DNA of 62,286 bases, counting the filler, from Globobulimina sp. (taxonomy: Eukaryota), in assembly GCA_003354225.1 (NCBI GenBank). It is 36 parts of 36 records of this genome, joined end to end, with 100 filler letters (N's around TTAATTAATTAA, not from the genome) between each part and the next. Parts side by side here need not be neighbours in the genome. Positions count along the whole stretch, not along the records: positions 45,033 to 46,668 come from PIVH01013808.1; positions 46,769 to 48,404 come from PIVH01013809.1; positions 48,505 to 50,140 come from PIVH01013810.1; positions 50,241 to 51,876 come from PIVH01013811.1; positions 51,977 to 53,611 come from PIVH01013812.1; positions 53,712 to 55,346 come from PIVH01013813.1; positions 55,447 to 57,081 come from PIVH01013814.1; positions 57,182 to 58,816 come from PIVH01013815.1; 28 more parts are not named here. One strand, 5' to 3'. Numbering within the stretch: the stretch's first letter is position 1; each line of letters starts with the position of its first letter. The position numbers were made by a program, and so were the translations under genes. Below the pieces are notes generated by a model that saw only the letters and a list, made by a program, of their open reading frames with translations, made no database searches and had not been told where the DNA came from. Below, piece by piece: positions 46,409-59,016 of the stretch.

Positions 46409-46768
46409 TAACGATCGTATTTGCCAGACTTTCTTTAATTTTGTTTATTTTTATTCTTTCAACCCATGGATTTTTTTTTCAGTATATATTTTTCGATTTT
46501 TGGTTTGCCACTCTTTAAAAATATAGAGTCATATAAAGGAGGAATAAGTGACTATTAAAGGTGACAAGTTAAAGTGAACCTTAAAGGTGAACTTGCTCAG
46601 TTTTTGATAGGAAACTGTGAGTTTGAATGGCGGCGGGAATGAGACTCGAATGGATATCGAATGGATATNNNNNNNNNNNNNNNNNNNNNNNNNNNNNNNN
46701 NNNNNNNNNNNNTTAATTAATTAANNNNNNNNNNNNNNNNNNNNNNNNNNNNNNNNNNNNNNNNNNNN

Positions 46769-48404
46769 TTTTGTGTTGGGATAATGGTCGGTTTGAGTGT
46801 TGTTGGATACTTTGTTGGTGATATAGTTGGATAACTTGTTGGTTGTAACGTAGGTGAGTGAGTGGGGTGAAATGATGGTCTGTTTGTAAGGATAATTATG
46901 TATAAACAGTGTGCAGTGTTTCTAGGATTTGTATTCAGTAATTAATATTGTCAATATTCGATGCATACTTTTGTCTGAGAGCGATTAGATTTCAAATATC
47001 TGGCTTGTATCCTTCCGTACATCGTTTTTGTTAATGTAAATATTAATTTTGTATATATGTAATTGATACGCTTCAGATATTTAAAATCTAACCAATACAA
47101 ATTTTCTTCATATTACGCATGTCAACAGTCAACAGCACTGCTTTTATTGTTTAAAATGTTTACAAACACAAACAATATCCAAACATAAACAATATTTACA
47201 AACACAAACAAATCCTAGAAACACTGCGCATTATTTGCATATATTTATATACTTAGCACCTAGAGCTTGGGTAAAATGTAGCTTTTCTGCTTGGTTCTAA
47301 TGTGGATTGCAATGTGGGGCTACTTATTGGCTGCATACTAGGATGCAATGTTGCTATATCTGTAGGACTAACTGATGGGTTTAAGCTTGGATAAACCGTA
47401 GGTTCTATACTTGGTGGCAATGTTGGAATCTCTGTTGGATTATCTGTTGGTTGACGACTCGGTGTCATTGTTGGATATATAGTCGGTGGCACTGTTGGCT
47501 TTCTTGTGGGATAAAATGTTGTTGTTCCAAGTGTAGGACGCAAGGTAGGTAACATTGTTGGCATCGATGTCTCTGTCGGAGAACTAGATGGATTTATTGA
47601 TAATAACACGGTTGGATTTGTAGTTGGTTCTAATGTCGGATTATTTGCGCCAACATACGTTGGTTCAACAGTCGGTTCTGCAGTCGGATTGAGTGAATTT
47701 ACGGAATATGTCACATCAATGTAGTATAAAACAAAATTTTCATTGGGGCTTTCGCCAGAAATAAATATATTAAATCCTGTATTTGCGACAAACGATGATG
47801 TAAAGTGAGATTCTACTTTGTTTGTTACAGCATCAACAGAGTCTGACCATGAATATGATATTGTATTCAATATGGGATCATTCACAATGGTAATGGCCAT
47901 CGGCCATTGTGCTGCCTGTTTATAAACAGAGGCAACATTGTTCCAGTAATCAACCGCGTCATTTATCGGTGTACTTATGTCATTGCCACAGAATCTATGA
48001 AAGCGATCGGGCGTCAAAGAGCTGATCATTTGCGAGACATTGCGTGCAATCAATGGGGTGTTGCTAGCAGGGCATTCTTTGTATGCTATTTTTTTTCGAT
48101 CGAGTGAGATAACTTGGGCAAAATAAGTATTCTCAGCAGCGAATATAAAGACTATTTCTCCATCATTCATATAGGTGTCATTTGGTGTATGACCGTGCAA
48201 ATACAATTGTAATGTGGATGGCAGTGAGGGATGGAAAGCCCATTCTGAAGTCATCGAAATGTTTAAATCTATGCCTTGCTGAGTGGCTACATTAATATTC
48301 CAGTGGTTGTTGGCTATATGCACACCGGGACCCGTTGAGACTGAGATGCCATTTGCAGTGGATACAGAATCAGGTGCTAAATGAGCGGATTGTAGCACTT
48401 GTTG
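46769..48404 (-). CDS. Extracellular protein with PT/mucin-like repeats, intron 46880-47259, partial
   Basis: xPTx repeats continue in frame after the intron (RPSFHPTHSPT...). Confidence 0.75.
46913..47227. mobile_element. 315-bp intronic MITE-like element with perfect 20-bp TIRs
   Basis: GCAGTGTTTCTAGGATTTGT (46913-46932) and ACAAATCCTAGAAACACTGC (47208-47227). Confidence 0.8.
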
Positions 48405-49106
48405 NNNNNNNNNNNNNNNNNNNNNNNNNNNNNNNNNNNNNNNNNNNNTTAATTAATTAANNNNNNNNNNNNNNNNNNNNNNNNNNNNNNNNNNNNNNNN
48501 NNNNGCATTTCTGGTGGTTGGCTTGCACTTTAGAGTTGCATGATGGGTTTAGTGGAAGATACGAAAAATGTAAAGTGAAGAAGATGTTTTCTATTTTTAG
48601 CACTTGTTTTTGCGTCATATTTTTTCGTATAAATTCATAGAATTATTGTGATTATTATGAAAAGTTCATAATTGATCGACCATAAAATTAAACATGAAAT
48701 GCTGATTCCTTTATTTCCTTAGTTTCACAAATATGAGATGTTAGATAATTAATTATTGTATGTTGCTTTTGTTGCTCGAAATGTATACTACGTGTGCTTA
48801 CATACAAGAATTTCGTATTGGTTTCTGCCACTTCCAGCCAGTTTCATAATATGATCAAATTGAGCACCTACTGTTACTGAAGGAAATATACATTTGCTAC
48901 ATCGTCAATGTCATATCGGAAATATTATTCCGACACTATCTTTCCTGACATTTTTAGTGCTGATAGAAAAAAAGACATCATTACCTCAATCCTTGTTTTA
49001 ATTGAGAGTTAGCAACATAACTCCAATTAATGGAAGCGAAGCAAAGTGAAGTAAGTGTAAACGGTTTTTTTTTTAATTTCGACAACCCGGACCATTTACA
49101 TGAACG

Positions 49107-50140
49107 ATGAATCACGCATTCACAGAATCGACTGGACAATTTAAGAAGATATTGAATGAATTACAAAAGTATAAAACAGAAAACAAAAAATTAAAACAAG
49201 AATTAATTCGCATAAAAACAGAACAAAGATTCAAAAGTCAATTATTGGATGAAAAATCCAAACATATTATTAGTTGCATTGCAGAAAACATATCCTTAAG
49301 AAAAGAGATTGGATCTTTAAAAAACAGACTAAAGTTATCGCAAAAAAATAATTATAAAAACAAAAAACAACAACAACTTCCATTAATAGTCCAAGACAAA
49401 CAATTATCATTTGATAAATCTACGCATGACAACAGCGGACATGCACAGCATTATGAATATGACCAAATGCCTTATCTCATTCTCCCAGATATGCTAAAAT
49501 CATCATCCACCACATCTCGATCAAGCACCTCTAATATGTCGGCACAAGCATGCAAATTATCGTTTCCATGCACTCCGCCATGCACTGTGCCATGCATTAT
49601 CGATGAAAGTAAAAACGTTTCCGACTCAGTTTCCATACCAACTATAAATACAAGTAATACCATATTAAAATCCATTGCAGAAAGTAATGAAAATAGTCCA
49701 ATATTCACGACCATTGTGAATGAGAGCAACAATAACCAACATATACATATTCAGGAATGGACCAATAGCATTGCTACCATATTACCGCAACATACAAGAA
49801 ACGAAATGGTATGTTTTTGCATGTTTATGTATTTTGCATGTTTATGTATACTTTTGTAAAAATATATGTGTCTGTGTTGGTATATAGTCAGATTTATCCA
49901 ATATCAGTTATGTAACAGATGAGGAAGATTCAGTCATTTCGATGCATGGCCATGGATGGAACAGTGATTATCATCAACAGGAACAGGACGTAGATCATTT
50001 AACGTTAACATCAACAAATGAGAGCCGTGGTGATACGGCGGATTTAGTTTTTGTAGATTATAGTTCTCGTCATTTAAGCCAAGATAGTTCTCGTCGGCTA
50101 AGCGATATGGATGAAATGTTTATGCCGATACCAACAAATA
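49107..50140 (+). CDS. Coiled-coil/low-complexity protein, intron at about 49809-49887, partial
   Basis: Heptad-rich N-terminus and a GTATGT...TATAG intron. Confidence 0.55.
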
Positions 50141-50474
50141 NNNNNNNNNNNNNNNNNNNNNNNNNNNNNNNNNNNNNNNNNNNNTTAATTAATTAANNNN
50201 NNNNNNNNNNNNNNNNNNNNNNNNNNNNNNNNNNNNNNNNTGTAAACAAATAAAAACAAATCAAAATTAGTATACAGTTTTTTAGAATGTATTGAGCAGA
50301 ATTGATCGAAAAAACAGAAAAAAAAATATCAAAACAAGATGCGGACACTTTAAATTCATAAATTACATAAAAAAAAATAGCAAATCCAAAGATATCACAG
50401 GAGCGCAAAATCATTGAATTTTAATAAAATGGAAGGGATAGATTGTGAGTTTAGAGTGAGGATAGAAATAAGAT

Positions 50475-51564
50475 TTATTGATCATCTTTTTCCTCATTTT
50501 TGGCTTCATTATCTTGTGCATGTTCACGTCTGTATTTCTCTTCCTCCTCAATAATTCTATTAATCTCCTTTTGATCCAATTGTTTGATAAGTGTCGCTAT
50601 TTTAGCACATCCCAAATGTAATAATGATTTAATATCTATGTAGACAAAATAAACTACTTTAAGCATTGCTGCCCCATATCCATACGCAAAATCGCAACAA
50701 AAGCAAAGGAAAAGAGAAGCATAAGAAATTTCATGATTTTTCACATATCACATACCCATATAATTGGCAGCCTATCAAATCACATTTAAATACCATTACC
50801 AAAACCGAATACGTTTGCGTTTGTGTTTGTGTTTTGTATGTTGCTATTTTGTATCGATTGGAACTAAAAAAACAAACAAGAAGGCATACCAATATTATTT
50901 CAAATATGGTTTTCTTATCGAAGGCATCGATCCAAGTGGCGTCCCACTTATCAGACACAATCTGTTGCATATGGATGGACCGAACGGGGCATGGCAAAGG
51001 ATCTGGCTCTTTGCCTTTATGATGCTTAAGATATGTAATAACATGTTCCAATGTCTCTGGCGGAACTTGACGAATCTCAATCGATGCTGCATCCGCATCA
51101 CCTGTATACAGAACATAGTACATAAACGTAAACATCACAAAGTTAGTTGTTTATTTTGTGCGAAACCGCGTGCGCAGATTCGCAACAATCAACGCTTTAT
51201 TTAGTGATCAATCCACATTCCACAATTGCAAGTTGCTATAATTGTATTACAATTGGTTAACAATGTGGTTTTTGGAGTGATTTGCGTGGCTAAATAATGT
51301 ATTGTTTGTTTGTTCGATTCATTCAATGTGTAATGTTGATGTGATGTATGAGATAATGTGATTAGTAAAATGTTTACCTTCTAAAATAGTTGTAACAAAT
51401 TTGGATAATTCGGCACATTTTTTAGATACTTCAAATGATTTGGGTTGTTGTCCACCACTTTTTAAAGTTAAAACTTCCACATCTTCGTCTAAACCTCCTT
51501 GGTCTTCCTCTTCAGGATTGTCTTCTTTGTTTTCTTCTACTTTTGCGTCTGCCACTTCTGCCAT
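50475..51564 (-). CDS. SKP1: SKP1-family protein, four exons including a 16-nt microexon
   Basis: LTLKS...LEHVITYLKHH...WDATWI...IFEIIL|AANYM|DIKSLLHLGCAKIATLIK. Confidence 0.92.
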
Positions 51565-52370
51565 TCTAATTTAATACGTTAAAACGGTAATAAATCTAAA
51601 AAAATAGCTAAGTGAATAACGGATAGATACGAATGAAATGTCTGCTAACTTGATTGACTTTGCTTGGTTGTCCCAGATTATTGAGGAGGCAGAAAAGATG
51701 TTTGGTTTGGTTTTTTTCTTTGCTGTTTTCAACAGAATTTTAATATATGTTACGCTCGTTAGATGAAAACCAGCTTAAATAAATCTTTCCTTCCGACAGA
51801 GGATTAAAGACTCCGAGCAACAAATAATTAATTCAGCAACGTTGTTTCGTCCAATCATACACAAACAACTTTCATGNNNNNNNNNNNNNNNNNNNNNNNN
51901 NNNNNNNNNNNNNNNNNNNNTTAATTAATTAANNNNNNNNNNNNNNNNNNNNNNNNNNNNNNNNNNNNNNNNNNNNAATGTGTGGCAAAACAACACAGAA
52001 TCTATTATTATCAGATATTTACCAAAGGGATCGAAGAAGCCCAAAGATAAAACATGTTCTGTCAACAGCAAACTCTTTAAAATGTTATTGAACAGAACGC
52101 TATTTTCCCAAAATTAATTTTGACTGTGTCGATGTTTCTTTTTTAATTTAAATTATTCACATCAAACAATTTGCGTCATGCAACAAACATCAATTCCTAA
52201 CAATAAGTTTTTGTATCGCAGCCATGTCCATATATGCAGCCCGCACCACTGTACTGTAGTTTTTTTAATTCTCATCAACAAAAACAAACGTAAACTTTCT
52301 GTCTTGTGTGTCAACGTTCAAATACAAAATCACACTATCTCTGAAACATAAATTGTAACCAGATCTTGCG

Positions 52371-53482
52371 ATGGTCAATTTATTAAATATTATATTTATG
52401 AGTGCAACAGTCATTGCTGTCCATGGTCAAACAGGAACATGCTGCTATAATGCACAATGCGCAATACCTAATTTCCAACCGTGGAACCCATTTAATTTAA
52501 CACGAGGAACAGGAGTTACTGATTCCGCCACAAATATTAATGCTGTATCATGTTGTCCTTCTGGTGGCGACGTATTTGGCAAATTTAATGATGGTTCAGC
52601 AGCAGATGCATTATGTCGTTGTTATGATAGCGGTTTTATTGAACAGACCTGTCCCTATACACAATCGGATGCATTACAATGTGACAATGTTGGCTCCGAT
52701 GATGGCTGTCCAGATTTAATGGGTTTAGGTGGCACTGCAACAAATAATGGTGCTGTATCATGTCTTATTGGTAGTAGCAACGGAATACATTACGTTCCTC
52801 AAAGATGTCCCAGTTAAGAATTTTTGCACATTTCGTACTTTTTTCAAACGATTCTGATGTAGTAGGAAACCGGTATATTGTTGTTTGTACGTGACATAAT
52901 TTTAAATATTTAGCTCGATTATTATGTTTAAATGGATTGAGTCGATTTGAAGGTGTTTATTATACAAATTCTAGTTTATATTATTATGGTGCACCATTTT
53001 ATTGGTTTCGAGACACCGATTATTTACGATTTCAAATCCGCTATGATCGAACTGATCTTCATTGGAAATTAATTCAATGGATTGGTGCTGATGGTACTGA
53101 GGAAGCTCTATTACCGGCAGATTATTCTGGCGCAGAAGATTATAGATGGGATATTATTGATGTTCAATTGTATGCTGATTATTGGGGTAATGGTTGGTGG
53201 GTATTTAATGATGCTACACAACAGTATGAAAGAACAGATGCTGTTTATTTAACGGAAGGGGAATGTCCAACAACATCTGCACCCACAAAAGTACCAACAA
53301 AAGCACCCACTGCAACTGTAACTGTAACACCCGCTGTAACTGGAACTGGAACAACAACACAACCGACATTACCACCAACAGCTGCAGACACAACAAGGAT
53401 ACAAAGTGGTACTGCTGCAAAAAGTGCTGCAGGATATTCTTGTTATATTAGTGCGTTAATAATGTTTTATTTTATCTATTGA
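52371..53482 (+). CDS. Secreted Cys-rich surface protein with PT stalk and GPI-like C-terminus, intron 52813-52913
   Basis: Signal peptide, in-frame splice (CP|TRLLCLNGLSR) and hydrophobic C-terminal tail. Confidence 0.7.
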
Positions 53483-54083
53483 CCCGTATAACGTATTAAT
53501 ATTTTACAATACATAATGTTGAGCTGAGTGCTTCAGGAAATGCAATTTCAAACACCAAACAATGTCAGTCAATCAATAACTTTATCATAAACTTATAATG
53601 AAAAAAAAAATNNNNNNNNNNNNNNNNNNNNNNNNNNNNNNNNNNNNNNNNNNNNTTAATTAATTAANNNNNNNNNNNNNNNNNNNNNNNNNNNNNNNNN
53701 NNNNNNNNNNNATTTAAAGATAAAACAACTTAATGTTTGCCGTTTTTGAAAAACCTTTTTTTTAGCAAATCTTCTACAAAAATCATATAGTCTCAAACAC
53801 GTAAAATTGTAACCTGCGATCCGATCCATTGGGAATGACCGAGTAGGTAATTAATCATAATTAAATTCAATTGGTCCAAACACCTAATGGCTAATGCAAA
53901 AATTCAATTCATTTAAACTGTTGCATACTTAAGTTGTTAAAGTGCCAAAATGGAATTATGAGTGATCGTTTAAATGAATTTAATTTTTTTTGATTACAAA
54001 TCTTTTTAGTTGTTTAAATTAAATCCAATTATCCATATTTCTGTTATTCAAACAACATTTACCTCGATCTAATATTAACTGTC

Positions 54084-54578
54084 ATGGGTATGGTGGATTA
54101 TGGTGAAGCAACAGAATATGTGTTGCAACGCTTCGGAATGTTCAGAGGACTTAATTTCAGAAAAGCGATTATATTTTTATTGGCGATGTGTTATTGTCTC
54201 AATATTTTACAATGGATATTTATCTCTCAAAATACTTGGTCAATTGTCATCAATTGTTTATTTTTAATATCTCTGTTCATTGGTTCAGCTGGGATAGCGA
54301 TTTTTAATTTTATTGCATTGCTAATATTTGCATTGTGCACATTTTTGAGTACGATTGGCTCCATTATTATTATTATTTTATTAGCGACTGATGTATTGGA
54401 CACACAATCAGTAGGCTCAAATTTAGATTCTCTGCAATTAACAATATTATTAAGTATATTTGCAAGCTTCCAAGCAATTTTAGTCTTTCTATTATTAAAG
54501 GTTTTAAAAAATATCAAAGTGTATGCAACATCGGGAAGCATTTACATGAGTTTCGTAGACGACGACTTCAATTTTTGA
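54084..54578 (+). CDS. Four-TM membrane protein
   Basis: Four hydrophobic helices in a complete ORF. Confidence 0.65.
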   Translation: MGMVDYGEATEYVLQRFGMFRGLNFRKAIIFLLAMCYCLNILQWIFISQNTWSIVINCLFLISLFIGSAGIAIFNFIALLIFALCTFLSTIGSIIIIILLATDVLDTQSVGSNLDSLQLTILLSIFASFQAILVFLLLKVLKNIKVYATSGSIYMSFVDDDFNF

Positions 54579-54693
54579 CGAAATCAAATGATTGGAGAAC
54601 AACAAAAAACAGACGTATACGTTCCAATTTCAATTGGATTCACGATTATTTAATAAAAATATATCTCTAATTTCAAATTCCATGATTTGCTTT

Positions 54694-54845
54694 GCGCATC
54701 TCACGGGTGAACTAGTAGTGAGAGCATATTCAGCCGGGGTCATAATCCGGCTCCATGCTCACCGATTGCTTAAACATCCCGGTGAGGGAAGAACTACTTG
54801 CTACTTCAAAGTTTCTAGTCAGCTTAGACCATGCGTCTGTGAGCA
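54694..54845. ncRNA. Unidentified structured RNA-like island
   Basis: GC-richer than its flanks, with nested stems CTCACGGG/TCTGTGAG, ACTAG/CTAGT, AGTAGT/ACTACT, GAGCAT/ATGCTC, AGCCGG/CCGGCT and CACCG/CGGTG. Confidence 0.45.
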
Positions 54846-54897
54846 AGTAAATGTTTGAAAATTAAACTCGCATAGATCTAGAGTTCTAGACGACGAT

Positions 54898-55346
54898 ATG
54901 AATGACCATTCATACGTGACCGACTCAGATACGGACACAGAGCAACAAGAACAAAAACATGATGCACAGGATATAGAATTATCATCGCATTCAACAAACC
55001 CGAGCGAGGAACAAGATGAATGGTTGGATAATTCCAAAAGAATAAAATTCATAATCTGTGCTGGTTTAGTATTTATTTGCATGACATTAGTCATATTATT
55101 ACAACTATATTCTGATGCTTATGATTCATGGAAAGCATATGGATCAGGTGGCGGAGGAGGAGGAGGAGGCGATAATAGTGGCTTTATTGTGTCACCGACT
55201 GATATAAATCGAACATTTTCAGTGATAAAATTGGAGAATGGATTAGAAGTATTACTTATCAGTGATAAATCCACAGATAAATCAGCTGCCGCAATAGATA
55301 TTGGTGTTGGTTCATCAATGGATCCATCCACATATTTAGGTTTAGC
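54898..55346 (+). CDS. M16A metallopeptidase (insulysin-like) with an N-terminal signal anchor, partial
   Basis: IKLENGLEVLLISDKSTDKSAAAIDIGVGSSMDP..LGLA after a TM helix. Confidence 0.85.
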
Positions 55347-55446
55347 NNNNNNNNNNNNNNNNNNNNNNNNNNNNNNNNNNNNNNNNNNNNTTAATTAATT
55401 AANNNNNNNNNNNNNNNNNNNNNNNNNNNNNNNNNNNNNNNNNNNN

Positions 55447-55675
55447 CAGTCATTCCATCAATTGATACTTGTTTACAATATGAGTCTTCAATCGTAGGAT
55501 CATAATCTTCCAAGAAATTATCCGTTACTAATCGAATTGTTAACGCTGATTTCTATTCATATTGGAACAGTATATGTGTATATATCATTATGAAACAAAC
55601 AACATTACATACTCCTACTCCGCCACCTCCTAATACCACAATTTTAAACTCTTTCACGTCAGCTTTATTTGCCAT
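55447..55675 (-). CDS. Ras/Rap-family small GTPase, N-terminal part with intron
   Basis: [21 protein letters not shown]...[11 protein letters not shown]. Not in the ORF track. Confidence 0.93.
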
Positions 55676-55716
55676 GGAGGATTACTAACTCACTTCAAGA
55701 AAAATATTATGTAACA

Positions 55717-57081
55717 ATGGTTGCGATACCCAAATTATTGTTATTTGTTGTTGCATTTTGTTCAAACGAGTTACATTCATTGCAGAATAATAATGATGCT
55801 CCACAACGTTAGGCAATAATACATAGCTATAATTTATGTAACATACACATTTTTTATATTTAGAATTCGCCACAAATATTCAGAATAATGTATCAAAAAC
55901 GCTTCTCAATGATTATGATGAATGGATCACATCAAATGTCGTAATGCCGAGGTCTGGCCAAGCAATGGCTGTTGGAGCATACAGTAATTCAATTTATTTG
56001 TTAGGTGCGTATAGAATATATATTCGATATCAACAAATATTATGTATGTGTGTGTATTTTAGGAGGTATAAATGAAGAACTTCAGCTCGTGCGATATGAC
56101 ATCACTGCAAATAAAATGGTAGATTTCGGAGGCAAACACTTAACATCCCCGGTTTCTGGAGATGGACAATTTTACTCTGTCAGCAACAATATATTGTATA
56201 TTATTGATAGCTCGGGTTCTGGCTCCAAAGTAACAACATTTGATTTGCGAACAGCAAGCTTTGCTAGAAATTATATAAATATTCCGTATAATGTTGGTAT
56301 TGGATCCTGTATTGCATCGACTGCCACTTTGTTATATGTGGTTGGTGGCTCTAACACAGCTAATCATGACACTGTTGTTACTTCGAATAAATTACAAATA
56401 TTTTCAACGAAAAGTAACAAATGGACGAATAGTCCATCCTCGATGCAGCAAAGTAGAAATTATTTAACTTGTAATATTTATCAACAAAATAATATCAATA
56501 AATTGTATGCCATCGGAGGTTACAATCAAAATAATCAAAGAACGGTATATTTAGACAGTGTGGAATATATTTTTCCCACTGAGTCATATTCACATTGGCA
56601 ATATATCAGTGGACATTTATTATATCCAACAGAATCAGCACGATCTGTAATATATAAAACATCCATATTAGTTATAGGTGGTCAATATTATGATGATCGT
56701 CAAAGCAGACATTATTTAGATGTCATACAGATAATTGATATGAATACAGGCATAATAACAGCTGGTGGCCGCTTGGCGAATCCAATCGAAAACACTGCCG
56801 TAGTTATGGTAAATCAGGTTATTTATGCATTTGGCGGCTTTTATGGCCATACAATTAATCAGTGGCAATATTCTCGGCACACAACACCGACCAATGCACC
56901 AACACAAAGACCAACACAAAGACCAACAGAGAGACCAACACAGAGACCAACAGAGAAACCAACCAATGCACCAACCAATGCTCCAACATATTCACCAACA
57001 AATCAGCCAACAAATTCGCCAACAAATGCACCAACAGATTCACCAACTAACTCGCCAACAAATGCACCAACGAATTTACCT
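55717..57081 (+). CDS. Secreted kelch-repeat protein with PT-repeat stalk, two introns, partial
   Basis: Signal peptide MVAIPKLLLFVVAF; LYVVGG, LYAIGG, ILVIGG, IYAFGG; NAPT/QRPT repeats. Confidence 0.8.
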
Positions 57082-57699
57082 NNNNNNNNNNNNNNNNNNN
57101 NNNNNNNNNNNNNNNNNNNNNNNNNTTAATTAATTAANNNNNNNNNNNNNNNNNNNNNNNNNNNNNNNNNNNNNNNNNNNNACTATTGCAAGAAATATTA
57201 CATGCTACAAAACATAGGTGTTTGTTGATCATTCTTTAGCTGGGTTTGTTCTTCTTTTGCTGGTAATGGTAAACAGTTGCATGCATTTTCCGTCTTTTGT
57301 TTGACAAATAATAATGTGTGACAGATCTTCAATGAGTGTGACAGTAATCCCATGACTGCATGTTTGTGTATGATTGATTTAAACTTGAAATGAGCAACGT
57401 TTCCGTACCATTTATTTATTGTCGGAGCGTTTAATGCAAGCCATGAACAAAATCACTTATTTAAGCTGGTTTTAATCTAAGTGTGAAGAGAAAAGTGTGA
57501 ACCAAAAAAGTCAAGTCACATATTATAATTATATGTTGTTAAAATTATTATGCTAAAATAACATGGGACAAAAAAAACAGAAAAAATAATATGATGGAAA
57601 CGGTTAACGGTTCCGATAAAACAAACGTAAACAATTCATGTGTCATAGATGATGCATCATATCATATCCTATCATAAACAAATTAAGTTCTTCTGATTT

Positions 57700-58729
57700 T
57701 CATTGCATTTTATCGGGATCCACATCCCATCCGCGATCAATCCAAACTATTTGCAACTCTTTGATCAACCATTGGGCGACGGTGAAAGCGAAAACTAATT
57801 TCGGTCCAATTAAGGATAATTTGGGCGTCAACCCTTTAAACAGCGCATGCGGCCCTTCCTCTTTCATCAAATCCCGAAACACTTTGAAGCCAGATCGTGT
57901 ATCATCAAATGGCTTATTTTGAATGCGCGTTTTAATCACATCTAAAGGCGACGACACCATAATAGATGCAATACCGCCGCACATTGAGCCAACACATAGT
58001 TGCCATCCCTTGTCATCCTTTGGTCCGGTCACTCCAAATAGACGCGTATAGACCAAACTATTGGCACCAAACAAGGCAAACGAGCCTGGACAATTTCTGG
58101 CCGCGGTCCAGCCGATACCGCGATATAATTTAAAATTCTATCACATTATATGCGAAAATGCGTTATGCGAATATGCGAGCACAGACAGACAGAGACAGAC
58201 AGTTTGATACCTCATTCACAAATAAGTCAACGAGACCGCGCCCTTTTAAGACCTCCGGGTTTGTCTGCGATTTGATCTTAAGCACATCCAAAGGCAACAA
58301 GAACACCTCTCCGATGCCGACGAGTGCGCCCGAACAGGCGTTGGTCATATCGCGGGAGTTGCCGGCACCGAAAGTGCTGGCAAACCAACCGCCATACGTA
58401 CTCGCCATATAATCTCTTAATACCGGCTGCGAACCGAATTTGTACGTTCTTTGCAACACTTTATAGACTGCGCCAAAGGATACGCCTGGAAATAATGATA
58501 ACCATTTTCCAAAAAAAGATTTGTTGACAGAATCTTTGAATAATACTTTATTTAAACGAGAGAAATTATCCTTGCTTCCTTTTTGGAAAATTGTCTCTGT
58601 GTTACTCATTAAACGTTTGGCCACGGTATCTACGGGATGGAATATCAGAATCTCTAGTACTCCGGATGTGGCTGAACCTGTCACGTACGGTCCTTTTGCT
58701 CGTCCTTTTTTTCCACCTCCATGACCCAT
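57700..58729 (-). CDS. GGC1: Mitochondrial carrier, GTP/GDP carrier-like, intron 58138-58210
   Basis: FHPVDTVAKRLMSN, YKVLQRTYKFGSQP, LPLDVLKIKSQTNP, SPLDVIKTRIQ, FKGLTPKL. Confidence 0.85.
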
Positions 58730-59016
58730 CTCGCACAAATCAAATCAAATAGAATTAAATTAAATTAGATATAGGCGATTGTTCTGCAAGAGTAGAGTAA
58801 AACGGTTTTTTTTTTTNNNNNNNNNNNNNNNNNNNNNNNNNNNNNNNNNNNNNNNNNNNNTTAATTAATTAANNNNNNNNNNNNNNNNNNNNNNNNNNNN
58901 NNNNNNNNNNNNNNNNAAACATTATTTTTTACATAGGTGATAATTTGTAATTATACAGAAACGTTTTTTCCACAAAGTTATAACAAAAAACTGTACTTTA
59001 AAGTCACAAGCATGCT

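Noticed and set aside
54688-54700. GCTTTGCGCA resembling the U4 snRNA 5' end
   Set aside because: No U4 kink-turn, stem I or Sm site follows.
56880-57081. 12-nt tandem DNA repeats
   Set aside because: They simply encode the PT-repeat stalk, which is common in these surface proteins.
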